Of a DNA stretch of 64,000 nt, positions 43,066 to 56,035 are shown one piece after another. The translations under genes were made by a program, and so were the position numbers. Positions within the stretch are counted from its first letter, which is position 1, and each line of letters starts with the position of its first letter. This stretch comes from an uncultured Erysipelotrichaceae bacterium (GTDB lineage Bacteria > Bacillota_I > Bacilli_A > Erysipelotrichales > Erysipelotrichaceae), in contig CALNCD010000068.1 in the NCBI GenBank assembly GCA_937874965.1, positions 10,886 to 74,885 on the forward strand, written 5' to 3'. Below the pieces are notes generated by a model. That model was not told the DNA's origin. It saw only the letters and a list, made by a program, of their open reading frames with translations, and made no database searches.

Positions 43066-43335
43066 CTATTTCACTTCATTTTCATTTTGATACGTCTGAC
43101 TGATAATCTCAAATAAGGGCTCATCACTCTTCTTGCTTTGGTTGGCAATTGCACTGACTCTGACTTCAATCTCCCGATTTCCAAAGGTAATCTTGATAAT
43201 GTCTGCGACCTTTACTTCAGTCGATGGCTTAGCAAGTCGTCCATTGACGTAGACTCTCTCATCCTTGGCCAGATCTTTTCCAACCGTGCGCCGTTTAATC
43301 AGTCGTGAGACTTTCAGGTATTTATCAATTCTCAT
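43066..43335 (-). CDS. rqcP: S4-domain RNA-binding protein RqcP/YabO (Hsp15 family)
   Basis: 89 aa. MRIDKYLKVSRLIKRRTVGKDLA closely matches the B. subtilis YabO N-terminus as I recall it. Confidence 0.85.
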   Translation of the reverse strand: MRIDKYLKVSRLIKRRTVGKDLAKDERVYVNGRLAKPSTEVKVADIIKITFGNREIEVRVSAIANQSKKSDEPLFEIISQTYQNENEVK

Positions 43336-46300
43336 GCGGTTCCTCCTTGATCTGAATATGATTCAGAAGATACAAGACATGTTTCAGCCAGTCCGAGTCT
43401 TTAGGAATATGAATCCGGATTTTCTGATGCTGGTACTTGACCGTAATATCGCGCGATAAACGATTCAAGAGTTCAAATAATGCAATTCCATCTACAGTTG
43501 AACTGTATGCTTCTGTAAAGGTGATTTCAACAGCATCCTTCCGCTCTTTGAGACTATCCACCTGTTTTGTTTCCAGAGCAAGTTCCAGACGTTTCTTCTC
43601 GAGAAGCAGATTAACTTCATTGGGAAGCTCTCCATAGATATCTGAAATGCTTTCATAGAAGCGTTCCAGTTCTTTGAAGGAATGAATGCTTTCAATGCTC
43701 TGGTAGAGTTCAATCTTATCCTTGTCCCGATCGGTGAACTGCTGCGGAATATAGCCGTCAATCGGCAGATTCAAGGATTGCTTGACACCCGCTTCTTTTT
43801 TCACGATACCTTGTTTTTCCTGAATGACCTCTTGAAGAAGCTCAATGTACATATCAATCCCGACCGTATCAATAAAGCCGGATTGATTTCCTCCAAGCAG
43901 CTCGCCCGCCCCGCGTATCGTCAGATCACGCATCGCAATCTTATAGCCTGAACCAAGCTGAGTAAACTCCTTGATAGCTTCAAGCCGCTTCGTTGCCACT
44001 TCAGAAAGCTGTTTCTTTTCAGGGACAAGCAAGTAGGTATAGGCTAAGCGATCACTTCGTCCGACACGCCCTTTAATCTGGTAGAGCTGAGACAACCCAA
44101 AGTTCTGTGCATTCTCAATGATCATTGTGTTGGCATTAGGGATGTCAATGCCTGTTTCGATAATGGTCGTACAAATCAGGACATTGATTTCATTATGGTG
44201 GAATTCCTGCATCGTTGCTTCAATTTCATCCCGGTCCATTTGCCCATGAATAATTGCGACTCTGGCCCCGTTTATCTTACGTTGAACCTGAAAAGCTACC
44301 GAACTGATGCGCTCTATGTTATTAAACAAGTAGAAGACTTGTCCGTTCCGGTTCAATTCCTTCGTGATAATGTCTTCGATTAATTGCTGGTTTCTCTCCA
44401 CAACATAAGTCATAACCGGCAAACGGTTTGAGGGCGGAGTATTCAGCTGCGAGAGCGATCGCAGTCCGATAAGTGACATCTGCAAGGTTCTAGGTATTGG
44501 CGTCGCACTGAGGGAAAGAACATCAATATTGACTTTAAGCGCCTTGATTCGTTCTTTATGTTCAACCCCGAAACGTTGTTCTTCGTCAATAATCAGAAGG
44601 CCGAGATCTTTAAACTTCAGATCACGGGAAAGAACCCGGTGAGTCCCTATCACGATATCCACTGTTCCAGCCTTAACCGCTGCGATTATTTCTTTCTGAC
44701 GCGCTGGCGCAACGAAACGGTTCAGCACCTCAATCCGTACAGGAAAATTCTTAAAGCGCTCTGTAAACGTCTGAAAATGCTGTGACGACAGGATTGTGGT
44801 CGGACAGAGATAAACAACCTGTTTCTTATCATAGACAGCTTTAAATGCCGCCCGGATAGCAACCTCCGTCTTTCCAAAGCCGACATCCCCGCACAGCAGA
44901 CGGTCCATCGGCTGAGAACTTTCCATATCCCGTTTGACCTCTGCAATGGCCAATGCCTGATCCGCTGTTAACTCATAGTCAAATTCCTCATCAAAGGCCT
45001 GGTGAAGTTCGCCATCCGGACTGAATGCGAAACCCTTGGATCGTTTCCTCAACGCATAGACTTCAATCAGCTTATCCGCAATATCTGAAACACTTGCCTT
45101 GATCCTATCCTTGGTCTTTGTCCATTCGTTGCTTCCCAGTTTGCTGAGACGGATGGCTACAGCTTCACGGGACACATATTTCCGAACCAGTGTGAACTGT
45201 TCCAACGGAACCAGAAGAACATCTTCATTTCGATAGGCAATATGAAGAAAGTCCTTATGAATGCCTTCAATTTCCTTCGTCACAATCCCCAGATACTTCC
45301 CGATCCCGTACTGCTGATGAACCACATAATCCCCGACTTCCAGATCAGAGAGCGCACTCAAGGTCTCTGCTTCTTTGAATTTATTGGTATACCGGGTCCG
45401 TTTATGGACATAACCGAAAATTTCCTGGGAAGAATAGACACTGATGCCTTCATTATCCAAGCGAAAACCCTTGGTTCTTCCTTTGTGTTCAAGATAAATT
45501 CCCCGCTCCTTTGGAAAATCAATCAGTATCTGAAAGGGAATATTCTGCTTAATCAGCTGGTCACTGAGGGTTTTCATATCCTGAGTATTGACACTGATGA
45601 TTACTCTTCCTTGCAACCCTTGCTTTTCCGCTTCATTGCAGAAAGCACTGAGATCCTGCTTATAGACAGGTAATTCATGCCAGGCCAAGTTCCATTCATC
45701 ATCCGCCTGAAATTTATGGAACATTACAGTCTCGATAGACTTGAAATCCGATGCATGATGAAAAAGCGTAAAGCTGGGTACAAAGCGATGGTCCTGAACC
45801 CGTTCCTGGATCAAAGCAATCGTATCTTCTTCCTGATGTTTGGCCATTGCTTTGACATCATCCTGATTAGAGTAAATCAACAAGGGATTATCAAAGTAAT
45901 CGCAAATACTCCAGGTTTCATCCAAGAATGAAAAATAGGGATAAAGACTGGCATCATAAAGAGATGACCTCAGGTTTTCAATATCCTGGGTCATGAGATC
46001 ATGAAGGATATCATACGCTGCTTTATCCAGTTTTTCCCGACGCTGAAGAAGGTGTTGATTTACCTTTTTTTCTATTGTTTCAAGTTGTTCTGAGGCGAGC
46101 AGCATATCACTTACCGGAACAATCAATGCTTGTTCACTCTGATATACTGTCCGCTGTGTCGAAAGATCAAAGTAACGCAGCCCTTCAATGACCGTGTCAA
46201 AGAATTCAATGCGTAAGGGAAGATCTTCCTGGACAGAAAAGACGTCAATGACACCCCCTCGGCTTGCGAATGTCATGGGTTGATCGACACGGTCTACTCG

Positions 46301-46771
46301 TTGATACCCGCTCTTCAGTAATTGCTGGACCACATTCTTCATAGTGATTTCATCATTCAGAGATAAACGAAGTTCATGATCCAGATACTGCTGCTTGCTT
46401 GAAATCTTCCGGTTTAACCCAGCGACTGTAGTAATACAGATAGTCACTTCTGTATGGACCGCATGATATAACGCATTCGCTTTGTTCTCTTTGACCAAAA
46501 CAGAAGGTGCGATGGCTTCAACCCGCAATGATTCTTCCTGGAGATATAGAATCATCGGGACACTCTCATCCAGTTCCTGAATGCAATCGAACAACGCACG
46601 GGCTTGCTGTTCATTGGATTTCACAACAATAAGCGGCTGCTTGCTTTGGCGCGAAGCACCCATCAGTAACAATGCTTCCTGAATCAGGGTAAGATGAGCA
46701 AAACGATCCTCATGGCTGAGGAGAGACTGAATTCCTGGATGATCTTTAATTGTTTGATAAAGCCAATTCAT
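43325..46771 (-). CDS. mfd: Transcription-repair coupling factor
   Basis: 1148 aa, superfamily-2 helicase motifs GDVGFGKTE, DEEQRFGV, SATPIPRT, and a TRG motif region. Confidence 0.97.
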   Translation of the reverse strand: MNWLYQTIKDHPGIQSLLSHEDRFAHLTLIQEALLLMGASRQSKQPLIVVKSNEQQARALFDCIQELDESVPMILYLQEESLRVEAIAPSVLVKENKANALYHAVHTEVTICITTVAGLNRKISSKQQYLDHELRLSLNDEITMKNVVQQLLKSGYQRVDRVDQPMTFASRGGVIDVFSVQEDLPLRIEFFDTVIEGLRYFDLSTQRTVYQSEQALIVPVSDMLLASEQLETIEKKVNQHLLQRREKLDKAAYDILHDLMTQDIENLRSSLYDASLYPYFSFLDETWSICDYFDNPLLIYSNQDDVKAMAKHQEEDTIALIQERVQDHRFVPSFTLFHHASDFKSIETVMFHKFQADDEWNLAWHELPVYKQDLSAFCNEAEKQGLQGRVIISVNTQDMKTLSDQLIKQNIPFQILIDFPKERGIYLEHKGRTKGFRLDNEGISVYSSQEIFGYVHKRTRYTNKFKEAETLSALSDLEVGDYVVHQQYGIGKYLGIVTKEIEGIHKDFLHIAYRNEDVLLVPLEQFTLVRKYVSREAVAIRLSKLGSNEWTKTKDRIKASVSDIADKLIEVYALRKRSKGFAFSPDGELHQAFDEEFDYELTADQALAIAEVKRDMESSQPMDRLLCGDVGFGKTEVAIRAAFKAVYDKKQVVYLCPTTILSSQHFQTFTERFKNFPVRIEVLNRFVAPARQKEIIAAVKAGTVDIVIGTHRVLSRDLKFKDLGLLIIDEEQRFGVEHKERIKALKVNIDVLSLSATPIPRTLQMSLIGLRSLSQLNTPPSNRLPVMTYVVERNQQLIEDIITKELNRNGQVFYLFNNIERISSVAFQVQRKINGARVAIIHGQMDRDEIEATMQEFHHNEINVLICTTIIETGIDIPNANTMIIENAQNFGLSQLYQIKGRVGRSDRLAYTYLLVPEKKQLSEVATKRLEAIKEFTQLGSGYKIAMRDLTIRGAGELLGGNQSGFIDTVGIDMYIELLQEVIQEKQGIVKKEAGVKQSLNLPIDGYIPQQFTDRDKDKIELYQSIESIHSFKELERFYESISDIYGELPNEVNLLLEKKRLELALETKQVDSLKERKDAVEITFTEAYSSTVDGIALFELLNRLSRDITVKYQHQKIRIHIPKDSDWLKHVLYLLNHIQIKEEPHEN

Positions 46772-47340
46772 TCTTTAGACCCATGTGTATTGAACTGATT
46801 CATCAAGACACTGACAGGGGCGTGAATAAATTGAATTGCCGCAGCACTGGCACGATCAAGCGCATCCAGAAACTCTGCTTGATCGGAAGCGCTTATTTTA
46901 CCAAGAACATAGTCCTTCGTATCGATCTGCTTATCCTTTCCGATGCCGATTCGGATTCGAGCAAACGCGTTGGACTGAAGATTCTGGATAATGCTTCTCA
47001 GTCCCCGTTGCCCTCCATCACTCCCGCTTCCGCGAATGCGGATCCTCCCGATAGGCAGATCCAGATCATCTGAGAGAACAATGAGATCTTCCATTCCTGC
47101 TTTGTAGTAGTCCATTACTTCGCGAACAGCTTCTCCGGATAGATTCATGAATGTCTGGGGTTTAACGACGATGACATTCTCTCCATTGACCTTGACTGAA
47201 CCAACAAGGGCTTTAAATTTTTTCTGAACGATGGCACACTGCAGTTTATCAGCGACACGATCAACCGCAAGAAAACCAGCATTATGCCTGGTCTTTTCAT
47301 ATTCTTTACCTGGGTTTCCCAATCCAACGATTATTTTCAT
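46768..47340 (-). CDS. pth: Peptidyl-tRNA hydrolase
   Basis: Start at ATG 47340 (MKIIVGLGNPG..YEKTRHNAGF). ATGA-type overlap with mfd. Confidence 0.95.
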   Translation of the reverse strand: MKIIVGLGNPGKEYEKTRHNAGFLAVDRVADKLQCAIVQKKFKALVGSVKVNGENVIVVKPQTFMNLSGEAVREVMDYYKAGMEDLIVLSDDLDLPIGRIRIRGSGSDGGQRGLRSIIQNLQSNAFARIRIGIGKDKQIDTKDYVLGKISASDQAEFLDALDRASAAAIQFIHAPVSVLMNQFNTHGSKE

Positions 47341-47411
47341 CCAATCACCACTTTCATTATAACGATACTCGTACTCTGCTTCAAGCAGACAAAAAAGGAG
47401 CAATGCTCCTC

Positions 47412-48026
47412 CTAGTCCTTTGATTCATCATAATAAACTTTAAGATGCCGATTATTGCCAGAACCTTCACTCTCCGTCCGGATATGATCCATGGAAGAAA
47501 GTTCCTGATGAATTATCTTACGCTCATCATTGGGCATTGGATCAAGCGTCGCCGTCACCTTTGTCCGTTGAACACTCTTGCCGATCCGGGCTGCCATCGC
47601 TTTCAGTTTCTGATAACGATCACTCTTATAGTTGTTGATATCAATCAGAACATAATAACGATGCTTGAAATATGAACTGACTGCACTTTTCGTCAACTGA
47701 TTCAACGCTTGAAGTGTCTTGCCATTCTTTCCTATGATAATAGCATTGTTATCAGCATTCAGGAACACTTTAAAGGAACTGTTTTCTCTTGAACTCTCAA
47801 TCTCGACATCAAGATCCAAACCATCAAAGAAATTTTTCAGATACGATTCAATGAACTGCTGAACATCCTTGAGAGCATAGACTTCTGCGCTGACCTGTGC
47901 TCCGAATCCGAGAATCCCTTTCTTTTCTTCAATCACATAATAGATGAGTTCATCGACAGGAACATCTTTTTGCTTCGAAACTGCCGTTAACACATCATTT
48001 AACGTTTTTCCAGTATACTTTTCCAT
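47412..48026 (-). CDS. khpB: Jag/KhpB RNA-binding protein (Jag_N, KH, R3H)
   Basis: 204 aa. C-terminal R3H-type motif LDPMPNDERKIIHQEL. Conserved position after yidC. Confidence 0.9.
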   Translation of the reverse strand: MEKYTGKTLNDVLTAVSKQKDVPVDELIYYVIEEKKGILGFGAQVSAEVYALKDVQQFIESYLKNFFDGLDLDVEIESSRENSSFKVFLNADNNAIIIGKNGKTLQALNQLTKSAVSSYFKHRYYVLIDINNYKSDRYQKLKAMAARIGKSVQRTKVTATLDPMPNDERKIIHQELSSMDHIRTESEGSGNNRHLKVYYDESKD

Positions 48027-48053
48027 GACTATTCCTCCTTTGCTCCCTTGGGC

Positions 48054-48953
48054 TTAAGCGATTTTTTTCTGATCCTGCCGCTCCAAGATAACTTTCTGAA
48101 CTACCCAGGTCTGGACAATCTGCAGAAGTGAATTCATCATCCAGTACAACGTCATACTGATCGGCCATGTATATGCAAACCATGAAATCATCGCAATCAT
48201 GACATAGGTCATCGTATTCATGGAATTGCCTGCTTTGACCTCTTTTTCATAGACTTTCTTTTTCTTCTTGCTGTTGGCTATCCATGTCGGCAGTTTCATA
48301 GACACAAACTGAGCGACAACCATCAAGAGGAACAGTACGATAAATCCAATATTCATGGCCTTTAAACCATCACTTGGCGTCAACATTGTCGAAGCTCCAA
48401 AAATAGTTCCATGATAAATTGCGGAAGAGCGTTGCACCGCCTGGTACATTGCAATCAGAATCGGCAGCTGCAAGAACATAACACCCATTGATCCCATTGG
48501 ACTGATGCCGTTTTCTTTGTAAATCTTATTGACTTCCATATTCATCTTATTCATTGCCTGAGGATCTTTGCTATCCTTATATTTAGCTTGAATCTTCTGA
48601 ACTTGCGGTTGAATTTCCTGCATCTTCTGTGATGAAATCGTTGATTTATAGGTCAATGCGAAAACAAGGATCTTAATCAAAATTGTCGTCAGAATCAATG
48701 CAAGCACAGGTCCGGTATGGAAAACCTCTGAAAGGTAGTTAATAACCTGCGCAATCGGCCAGGTCAATATACCATTGAAGAGTCGTGATAACCAGTTCCC
48801 TTCACTTACCATTGAGGACCAGCTCGTGGTCAATTTTATTAAATCAGCATCAAGAACAGTGTTAACACCATCAACTTTGGTAATATAGTTCTTACATCCA
48901 ACAAGGACAAATGCAAGAATGAGCAGTAAGACTATTTTTTTGTACTTTTTCAT
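48054..48953 (-). CDS. yidC: Membrane protein insertase YidC (lipoprotein type)
   Basis: Start at ATG 48953 (AAGGAGA RBS). Lipobox LVGC; conserved YidC core MQEIQPQVQKIQAKYK ... GSMGVMFLQLPILIAMY. Confidence 0.93.
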   Translation of the reverse strand: MKKYKKIVLLLILAFVLVGCKNYITKVDGVNTVLDADLIKLTTSWSSMVSEGNWLSRLFNGILTWPIAQVINYLSEVFHTGPVLALILTTILIKILVFALTYKSTISSQKMQEIQPQVQKIQAKYKDSKDPQAMNKMNMEVNKIYKENGISPMGSMGVMFLQLPILIAMYQAVQRSSAIYHGTIFGASTMLTPSDGLKAMNIGFIVLFLLMVVAQFVSMKLPTWIANSKKKKKVYEKEVKAGNSMNTMTYVMIAMISWFAYTWPISMTLYWMMNSLLQIVQTWVVQKVILERQDQKKIA

Positions 48954-48977
48954 GGCTGTCTCCTTATACAAGTCAAT

Positions 48978-49304
48978 CTATATTCTAACTTTTTTTAGTA
49001 ATGTTTCCAAGTCTTTTTTGTTTACTTCAAACGAGTCTTGCAAATATCGCTTCCGAACAATGATAATTGCATCAAAATCACCATGGATATTGAAGCAATC
49101 CTGCAGTTGCATCCGCAGCTGCCGTTTCACTTTATTCCGTACAACCGCATTGCCAATCTTTTTGGAAACAGATAAACCAATTCGCGCTGATTTTTCCTTC
49201 TTCGGGACAACGTACAAAACGAAGGTTGAGGATGCGTAGAAGCGCTTACGCTTAATAATCGCCTGAAATTCTTCATTCTTGCGGATCCGGTACTTTTTTT
49301 TCAT
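48978..49304 (-). CDS. rnpA: Ribonuclease P protein component
   Basis: 108 aa basic protein, RIGLSVSKKIGNAVVRNKVKRQLR (RNR motif). Follows rpmH. Confidence 0.95.
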   Translation of the reverse strand: MKKKYRIRKNEEFQAIIKRKRFYASSTFVLYVVPKKEKSARIGLSVSKKIGNAVVRNKVKRQLRMQLQDCFNIHGDFDAIIIVRKRYLQDSFEVNKKDLETLLKKVRI

Positions 49305-49321
49305 GATACTCCCAGTTGAAT

Positions 49322-49344
49322 AAAAAAGTCACCCTTAGGCGACT
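49322..49344 (-). terminator. Hairpin + U-run between rpmH and rnpA
   Basis: Minus strand: AGUCGCC-UAAG-GGUGACU (one G-U pair) followed by UUUUUU. Confidence 0.6.
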
Positions 49345-49347
49345 CTA

Positions 49348-49482
49348 TTAAGCAGATAACACTTTTCTACCCTTTGCTCTACGGCGTGCCAGGACTTTAC
49401 GACCTCCGACCGTCTTCATACGAGCTCTAAAACCATGGACCTTTTGGTGTTTCCTTTTGCTCGGTTGATAAGTTCTTTTCAT
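49348..49482 (-). CDS. rpmH: 50S ribosomal protein L34 (not in the ORF track, 44 aa)
   Basis: Translation [55 protein letters not shown]. Confidence 0.97.
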   Translation of the reverse strand: MKRTYQPSKRKHQKVHGFRARMKTVGGRKVLARRRAKGRKVLSA

Positions 49483-49667
49483 AGAACCACCTCCAGTTCT
49501 TTATACAATATATGAGCAATTGCTTTTTGATTATACAAAATTGACTTCCATAAGTCAAGATTCTCACCGGAATTCATCCACTTAATTTTACACAGATATC
49601 ACTCGATTCTGAATGAATAGAACTAGAAATTGAATCAAATCATAAATAAGGGATAAATGACCAGGAG

Positions 49668-50024
49668 TTTTCCACTTTTTTCTACATTTTAATTTATTCT
49701 ACGGAAGCTGTGGACAAACAAATTTGTAATTTCATTCAATCTTTCTGTTGATAACATGATATAATCACAGCACCAGCCTTTCTTTTTTCCACAATTGTGG
49801 AAAACGTGGAAAATGTAAAATATCCGCTTAAACAGTGCGGATATTGATGTGGAATACGTGGGGAATCATCAAAAAATAAAATGACTTTTCCCAATCGTCA
49901 ACAGTGTTGTGGAAAACTTCTGGATTTTGCGTTATTTTTCAACAATCAGAAAGATGTGGAAATTGTGGAAAACTCATTATCAATCAGTAAAATAAGGCAA
50001 ATTACTCATTTTACATGTGGACAA
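49668..50024. other. oriC: oriC, upstream DnaA-box cluster
   Basis: At least 10 boxes of type TTTTCCACA/TGTGGAAAA and close variants: 49668, 49709, 49785 and 49796 (facing pair), 49805, 49848, 49857, 49908, 49955, 49964, 50016. Lies between rpmH and dnaA. Confidence 0.9.
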
Positions 50025-50099
50025 CTTTTTTACATTCATTTACATCTGGAATTCACAGGCAAGGTTGAGTAATATTAATACGTAAAGAGGGTGAAGTTT

Positions 50100-51455
50100 A
50101 TGGAAGTTTTAAGTGTCTATTATAATGATATTTGGACAAAAACAAAAAATGTAATTAAAAACAGTCAGCATTTCGAAGGGCAGATTTATACCACCTATTT
50201 TGAAGATTCGTCTTTGGCTGTATTAAGTGAGGAGAAAGCAGTAATTGTCGTTCCAACTTATTTTCAAAAACTTATTTTGAATCAGGAAATCAATGTAATC
50301 AGTGAATCCCTGAAGCAAATTGTTGAACGTGAGGTCACCTGTGAAGTCATGCTTGAATCGGAGTTTTCAACCCAGTCTATTTTAGGTTCGCCACGAATTC
50401 TCAATGAATCCTCTTTTTCAGATGGTATCAACATTGACCAGACTTTCGATAATTTTATTGTTGGTCCAAGCAATAAGGAGTCACATGCTGCTTCTTTAGC
50501 ATGCGCTTATAATCCAGGGAAATTCTATAATCCTTTGTTTATCTATGGGAACTCAGGCCTAGGGAAAACCCATTTATTAAACGCAATCGGCAATTATGTC
50601 AAAAAGAAAAACAGCAATGCCAGGGTCTATTACACCTCAAGTTCCGATTTTGTGAATAAAGTCGTCTATTCCATTCGGGATAATTCAATTGATACCTTCA
50701 AGGAGCAAATGAATCAGCTGGATGTCCTCTTGATGGATGATATTCAATTTTTGGCTGGCAAGGAAAAGTCCCATGAAGTGTTTTTCCATATTTTCAATGA
50801 ACTGGTGAATAATCATAAGCAGATTATTATTACCAGTGACCGTCATCCTACAGAAATTAAGGGATTGGAAAATCGGTTGATCAGTCGTTTTTCTTCTGGA
50901 TTGTCAGTTGGTATTGATTCGCCTGAATTTGAAACCGCCGTTGCTATCTTGAAAATGAAAATTCAGAATCAGAGTGTTGACAGTTCAATGTTCAGCGAAG
51001 ATGTCATCAATTATATTGCTTTGAATTTTTCACAGGATGTGAGGGTTCTTGAAGGTGCTTTAAACCGGTTGATTTTCTATAACATCGAATTTTCAAATCA
51101 TAACGAAATTGATCTGGCTACCGCCATTCAAGCATTCAAAGGCCAATCGACTTCTTCTGAACTCAAAGAAGTAAGCATATCACGGATCAAGAAAGTCGTT
51201 GCCGACTATTATGGCCTGACAAAGCAGCAGCTGACCTCAAAAAACCGTACTAAAGCGATCACGACTGCTCGCCATATCGCCATTTATCTTTGCCGGAAGC
51301 ATCTTGATTTGCCGTTTATAAAAATCGGCCAGGAATTTGGGAAACGCGATCATTCAACCATTATGAGCTCTTGTGAAAAAGTAGAAAAAGCATTGTACAG
51401 TGATCCATTATATCAGCAAGCCATCACGGAAATCGAAGACCACTTGCTTGGCTAA
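50100..51455 (+). CDS. dnaA: Chromosomal replication initiator protein DnaA
   Basis: Start at ATG 50100 (AAGAGGG RBS 8 nt upstream). Walker A GNSGLGKTHL, DDIQFL, C-terminal DNA-binding helix ARHIAIYLCR..FGKRDHSTI. Confidence 0.97.
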   Translation: MEVLSVYYNDIWTKTKNVIKNSQHFEGQIYTTYFEDSSLAVLSEEKAVIVVPTYFQKLILNQEINVISESLKQIVEREVTCEVMLESEFSTQSILGSPRILNESSFSDGINIDQTFDNFIVGPSNKESHAASLACAYNPGKFYNPLFIYGNSGLGKTHLLNAIGNYVKKKNSNARVYYTSSSDFVNKVVYSIRDNSIDTFKEQMNQLDVLLMDDIQFLAGKEKSHEVFFHIFNELVNNHKQIIITSDRHPTEIKGLENRLISRFSSGLSVGIDSPEFETAVAILKMKIQNQSVDSSMFSEDVINYIALNFSQDVRVLEGALNRLIFYNIEFSNHNEIDLATAIQAFKGQSTSSELKEVSISRIKKVVADYYGLTKQQLTSKNRTKAITTARHIAIYLCRKHLDLPFIKIGQEFGKRDHSTIMSSCEKVEKALYSDPLYQQAITEIEDHLLG

Positions 51456-51519
51456 TTTCCACTTTCTCTTACACCGAATTTATGGTATAATTAACGAGGA
51501 TTTATTAAGGTTTTTGAAC

Positions 51520-51580
51520 TTTTCCACAGTTTCAACAGCCCTAATAATAATAGATACTTAAATAAACTATTTATTTCAGG
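51520..51580. other. oriC: oriC, downstream part: DnaA box plus AT-rich candidate unwinding element
   Basis: TTTTCCACA at 51520-51528 followed by ctaataataatagatacttaaataaactatttattt (nearly pure A/T), between dnaA and dnaN. Confidence 0.6.
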
Positions 51581-51587
51581 AGGACCT

Positions 51588-52709
51588 ATGAATTTCAAAA
51601 TCTCAAAAAGACCGTTCTATACTGCTCTTACTTCTGTTTCACATGCGATTTCCGCAAATTCTCCCATTCCTTCTCTTTCTGGAATTAAGATTGAAGCATT
51701 GGAAGATCATCTTGTCTTAACAGCAAGTGATTCAAACATTTCAATTCAACGTGAGGTATATGCTTCTGAAGATTGTGAGCTTATTATTTTTGAACCTGGT
51801 GCTGTGGTTATCGATAGCCGTTATATCCTTGAAATAGTCCGTAAGATTGACAGTGATCAATTACAGCTGGAATTGGTTGATGGTGCTTTGACTCGGATCA
51901 GCGGTCATCTTGCAGAGTTCAATATTAACGGAATATCCGCATCACTTTATCCGGACATCGATTTTTCAAAGCAAGCCATTGAATTTTCAGTTCAGGCAAA
52001 AGATCTGGTGAAAGTTATTGCACAGACAGTATTTGCAGCTTCCGATAAAGAAACACGGCCAGTTTTAACCGGTGTGAATTTCCGATTAGTCGGCAATGAA
52101 TTCACCGCTGTCGCAACGGATAGCTATCGATTAGCGAAAAGTGTTGTCTCTCTTGATAATAATGACACGAATTTCAGCGTAACTTTACCGGCTAAGAGCT
52201 TAAACGAAGTTGTTAAGACATTAGAAGATGAAGACGAAGTAATTATGAGTGTTTCTGATAAAAAGGTTCAATTCTTCTTGAATAACACATTAATCCAAAC
52301 CCGTTTGATTGATGGTCTTTATCCGGAGACAGATCGCTTGATTCCGAATGAGTATGCCTATGAATTTGAGATTGATGCGCAGGATTTATTGAATGCTATT
52401 GATCGTGCTTCGTTTATTAAAAGTGACGGAATTTCTGTCGTGCGTTTGGAAGCAAGCAGCGATGAAGTTGTCATTTCGAGCAAATCCCAGGAAGTGGGTT
52501 CTTCATTTGAAAAGATTGTTCCGCAATCCTATAAGGGCGGGGATCTTTCAATCTCATTTAGCGGTAAATATGTTTATGAAGCCATTCGTGCTTTGAATTC
52601 TTCCAAGGTTCTTATTAAGTTCAGCGGACCTATGAAGCCATTCGTTATTCTTAATCCTGGTGATGATTCTGTACTGCAGCTGGTTCTTCCCGTCAGAACC
52701 TATAATTAG
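51588..52709 (+). CDS. dnaN: DNA polymerase III subunit beta (sliding clamp)
   Basis: 373 aa. Position after dnaA, three-domain length, conserved TATDSYRLA and C-terminal LPVR motifs. Confidence 0.96.
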   Translation: MNFKISKRPFYTALTSVSHAISANSPIPSLSGIKIEALEDHLVLTASDSNISIQREVYASEDCELIIFEPGAVVIDSRYILEIVRKIDSDQLQLELVDGALTRISGHLAEFNINGISASLYPDIDFSKQAIEFSVQAKDLVKVIAQTVFAASDKETRPVLTGVNFRLVGNEFTAVATDSYRLAKSVVSLDNNDTNFSVTLPAKSLNEVVKTLEDEDEVIMSVSDKKVQFFLNNTLIQTRLIDGLYPETDRLIPNEYAYEFEIDAQDLLNAIDRASFIKSDGISVVRLEASSDEVVISSKSQEVGSSFEKIVPQSYKGGDLSISFSGKYVYEAIRALNSSKVLIKFSGPMKPFVILNPGDDSVLQLVLPVRTYN

Positions 52710-52808
52710 CTGCTTATTCTTGTATAAAGGCATGTGAAAACATGCTTTTTTTATGGATTTATGGTATAATGAACGGGTGGGTAAATTATATATAGAAAGG
52801 ATTTGAGT

Positions 52809-53005
52809 GTGAAAATTGAGTCAGAGTACATAACACTTGGACAATTGTTGAAAGCTGAAAATTTCGTTTCTTCCGGAGGCGAAGTGAAACATCGTATTGT
52901 GGAAATGCTCATAACCGTCAATGGTGAGCACGATAATCGTCGGGGACGGAAAATTTATCCTGGAGATCGTGTTGTGATTGATGGTGCTGAAATTCTGATT
53001 GAATC

Positions 53006-53009
<4 letters not shown>
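52809..53009 (+). CDS. yaaA: S4-domain RNA-binding protein YaaA
   Basis: GTG at 52809 has a GAAAGGA RBS 7 nt upstream (the TTG at 52803 is too close). ITLGQLLK...GG..K...NGE.DNRRGRKIYPGD matches YaaA. Lies between dnaN and recF. Confidence 0.85.
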
Positions 53010-56027
<3,018 letters not shown>

Positions 56028-56035
56028 GGGGAATT

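Noticed and set aside
50091-50099. GTG at 50091 as the dnaA start (ORF-track start)
   Set aside because: The AAGAGGG RBS would overlap or abut this GTG. The ATG at 50100 has proper 8-nt spacing.
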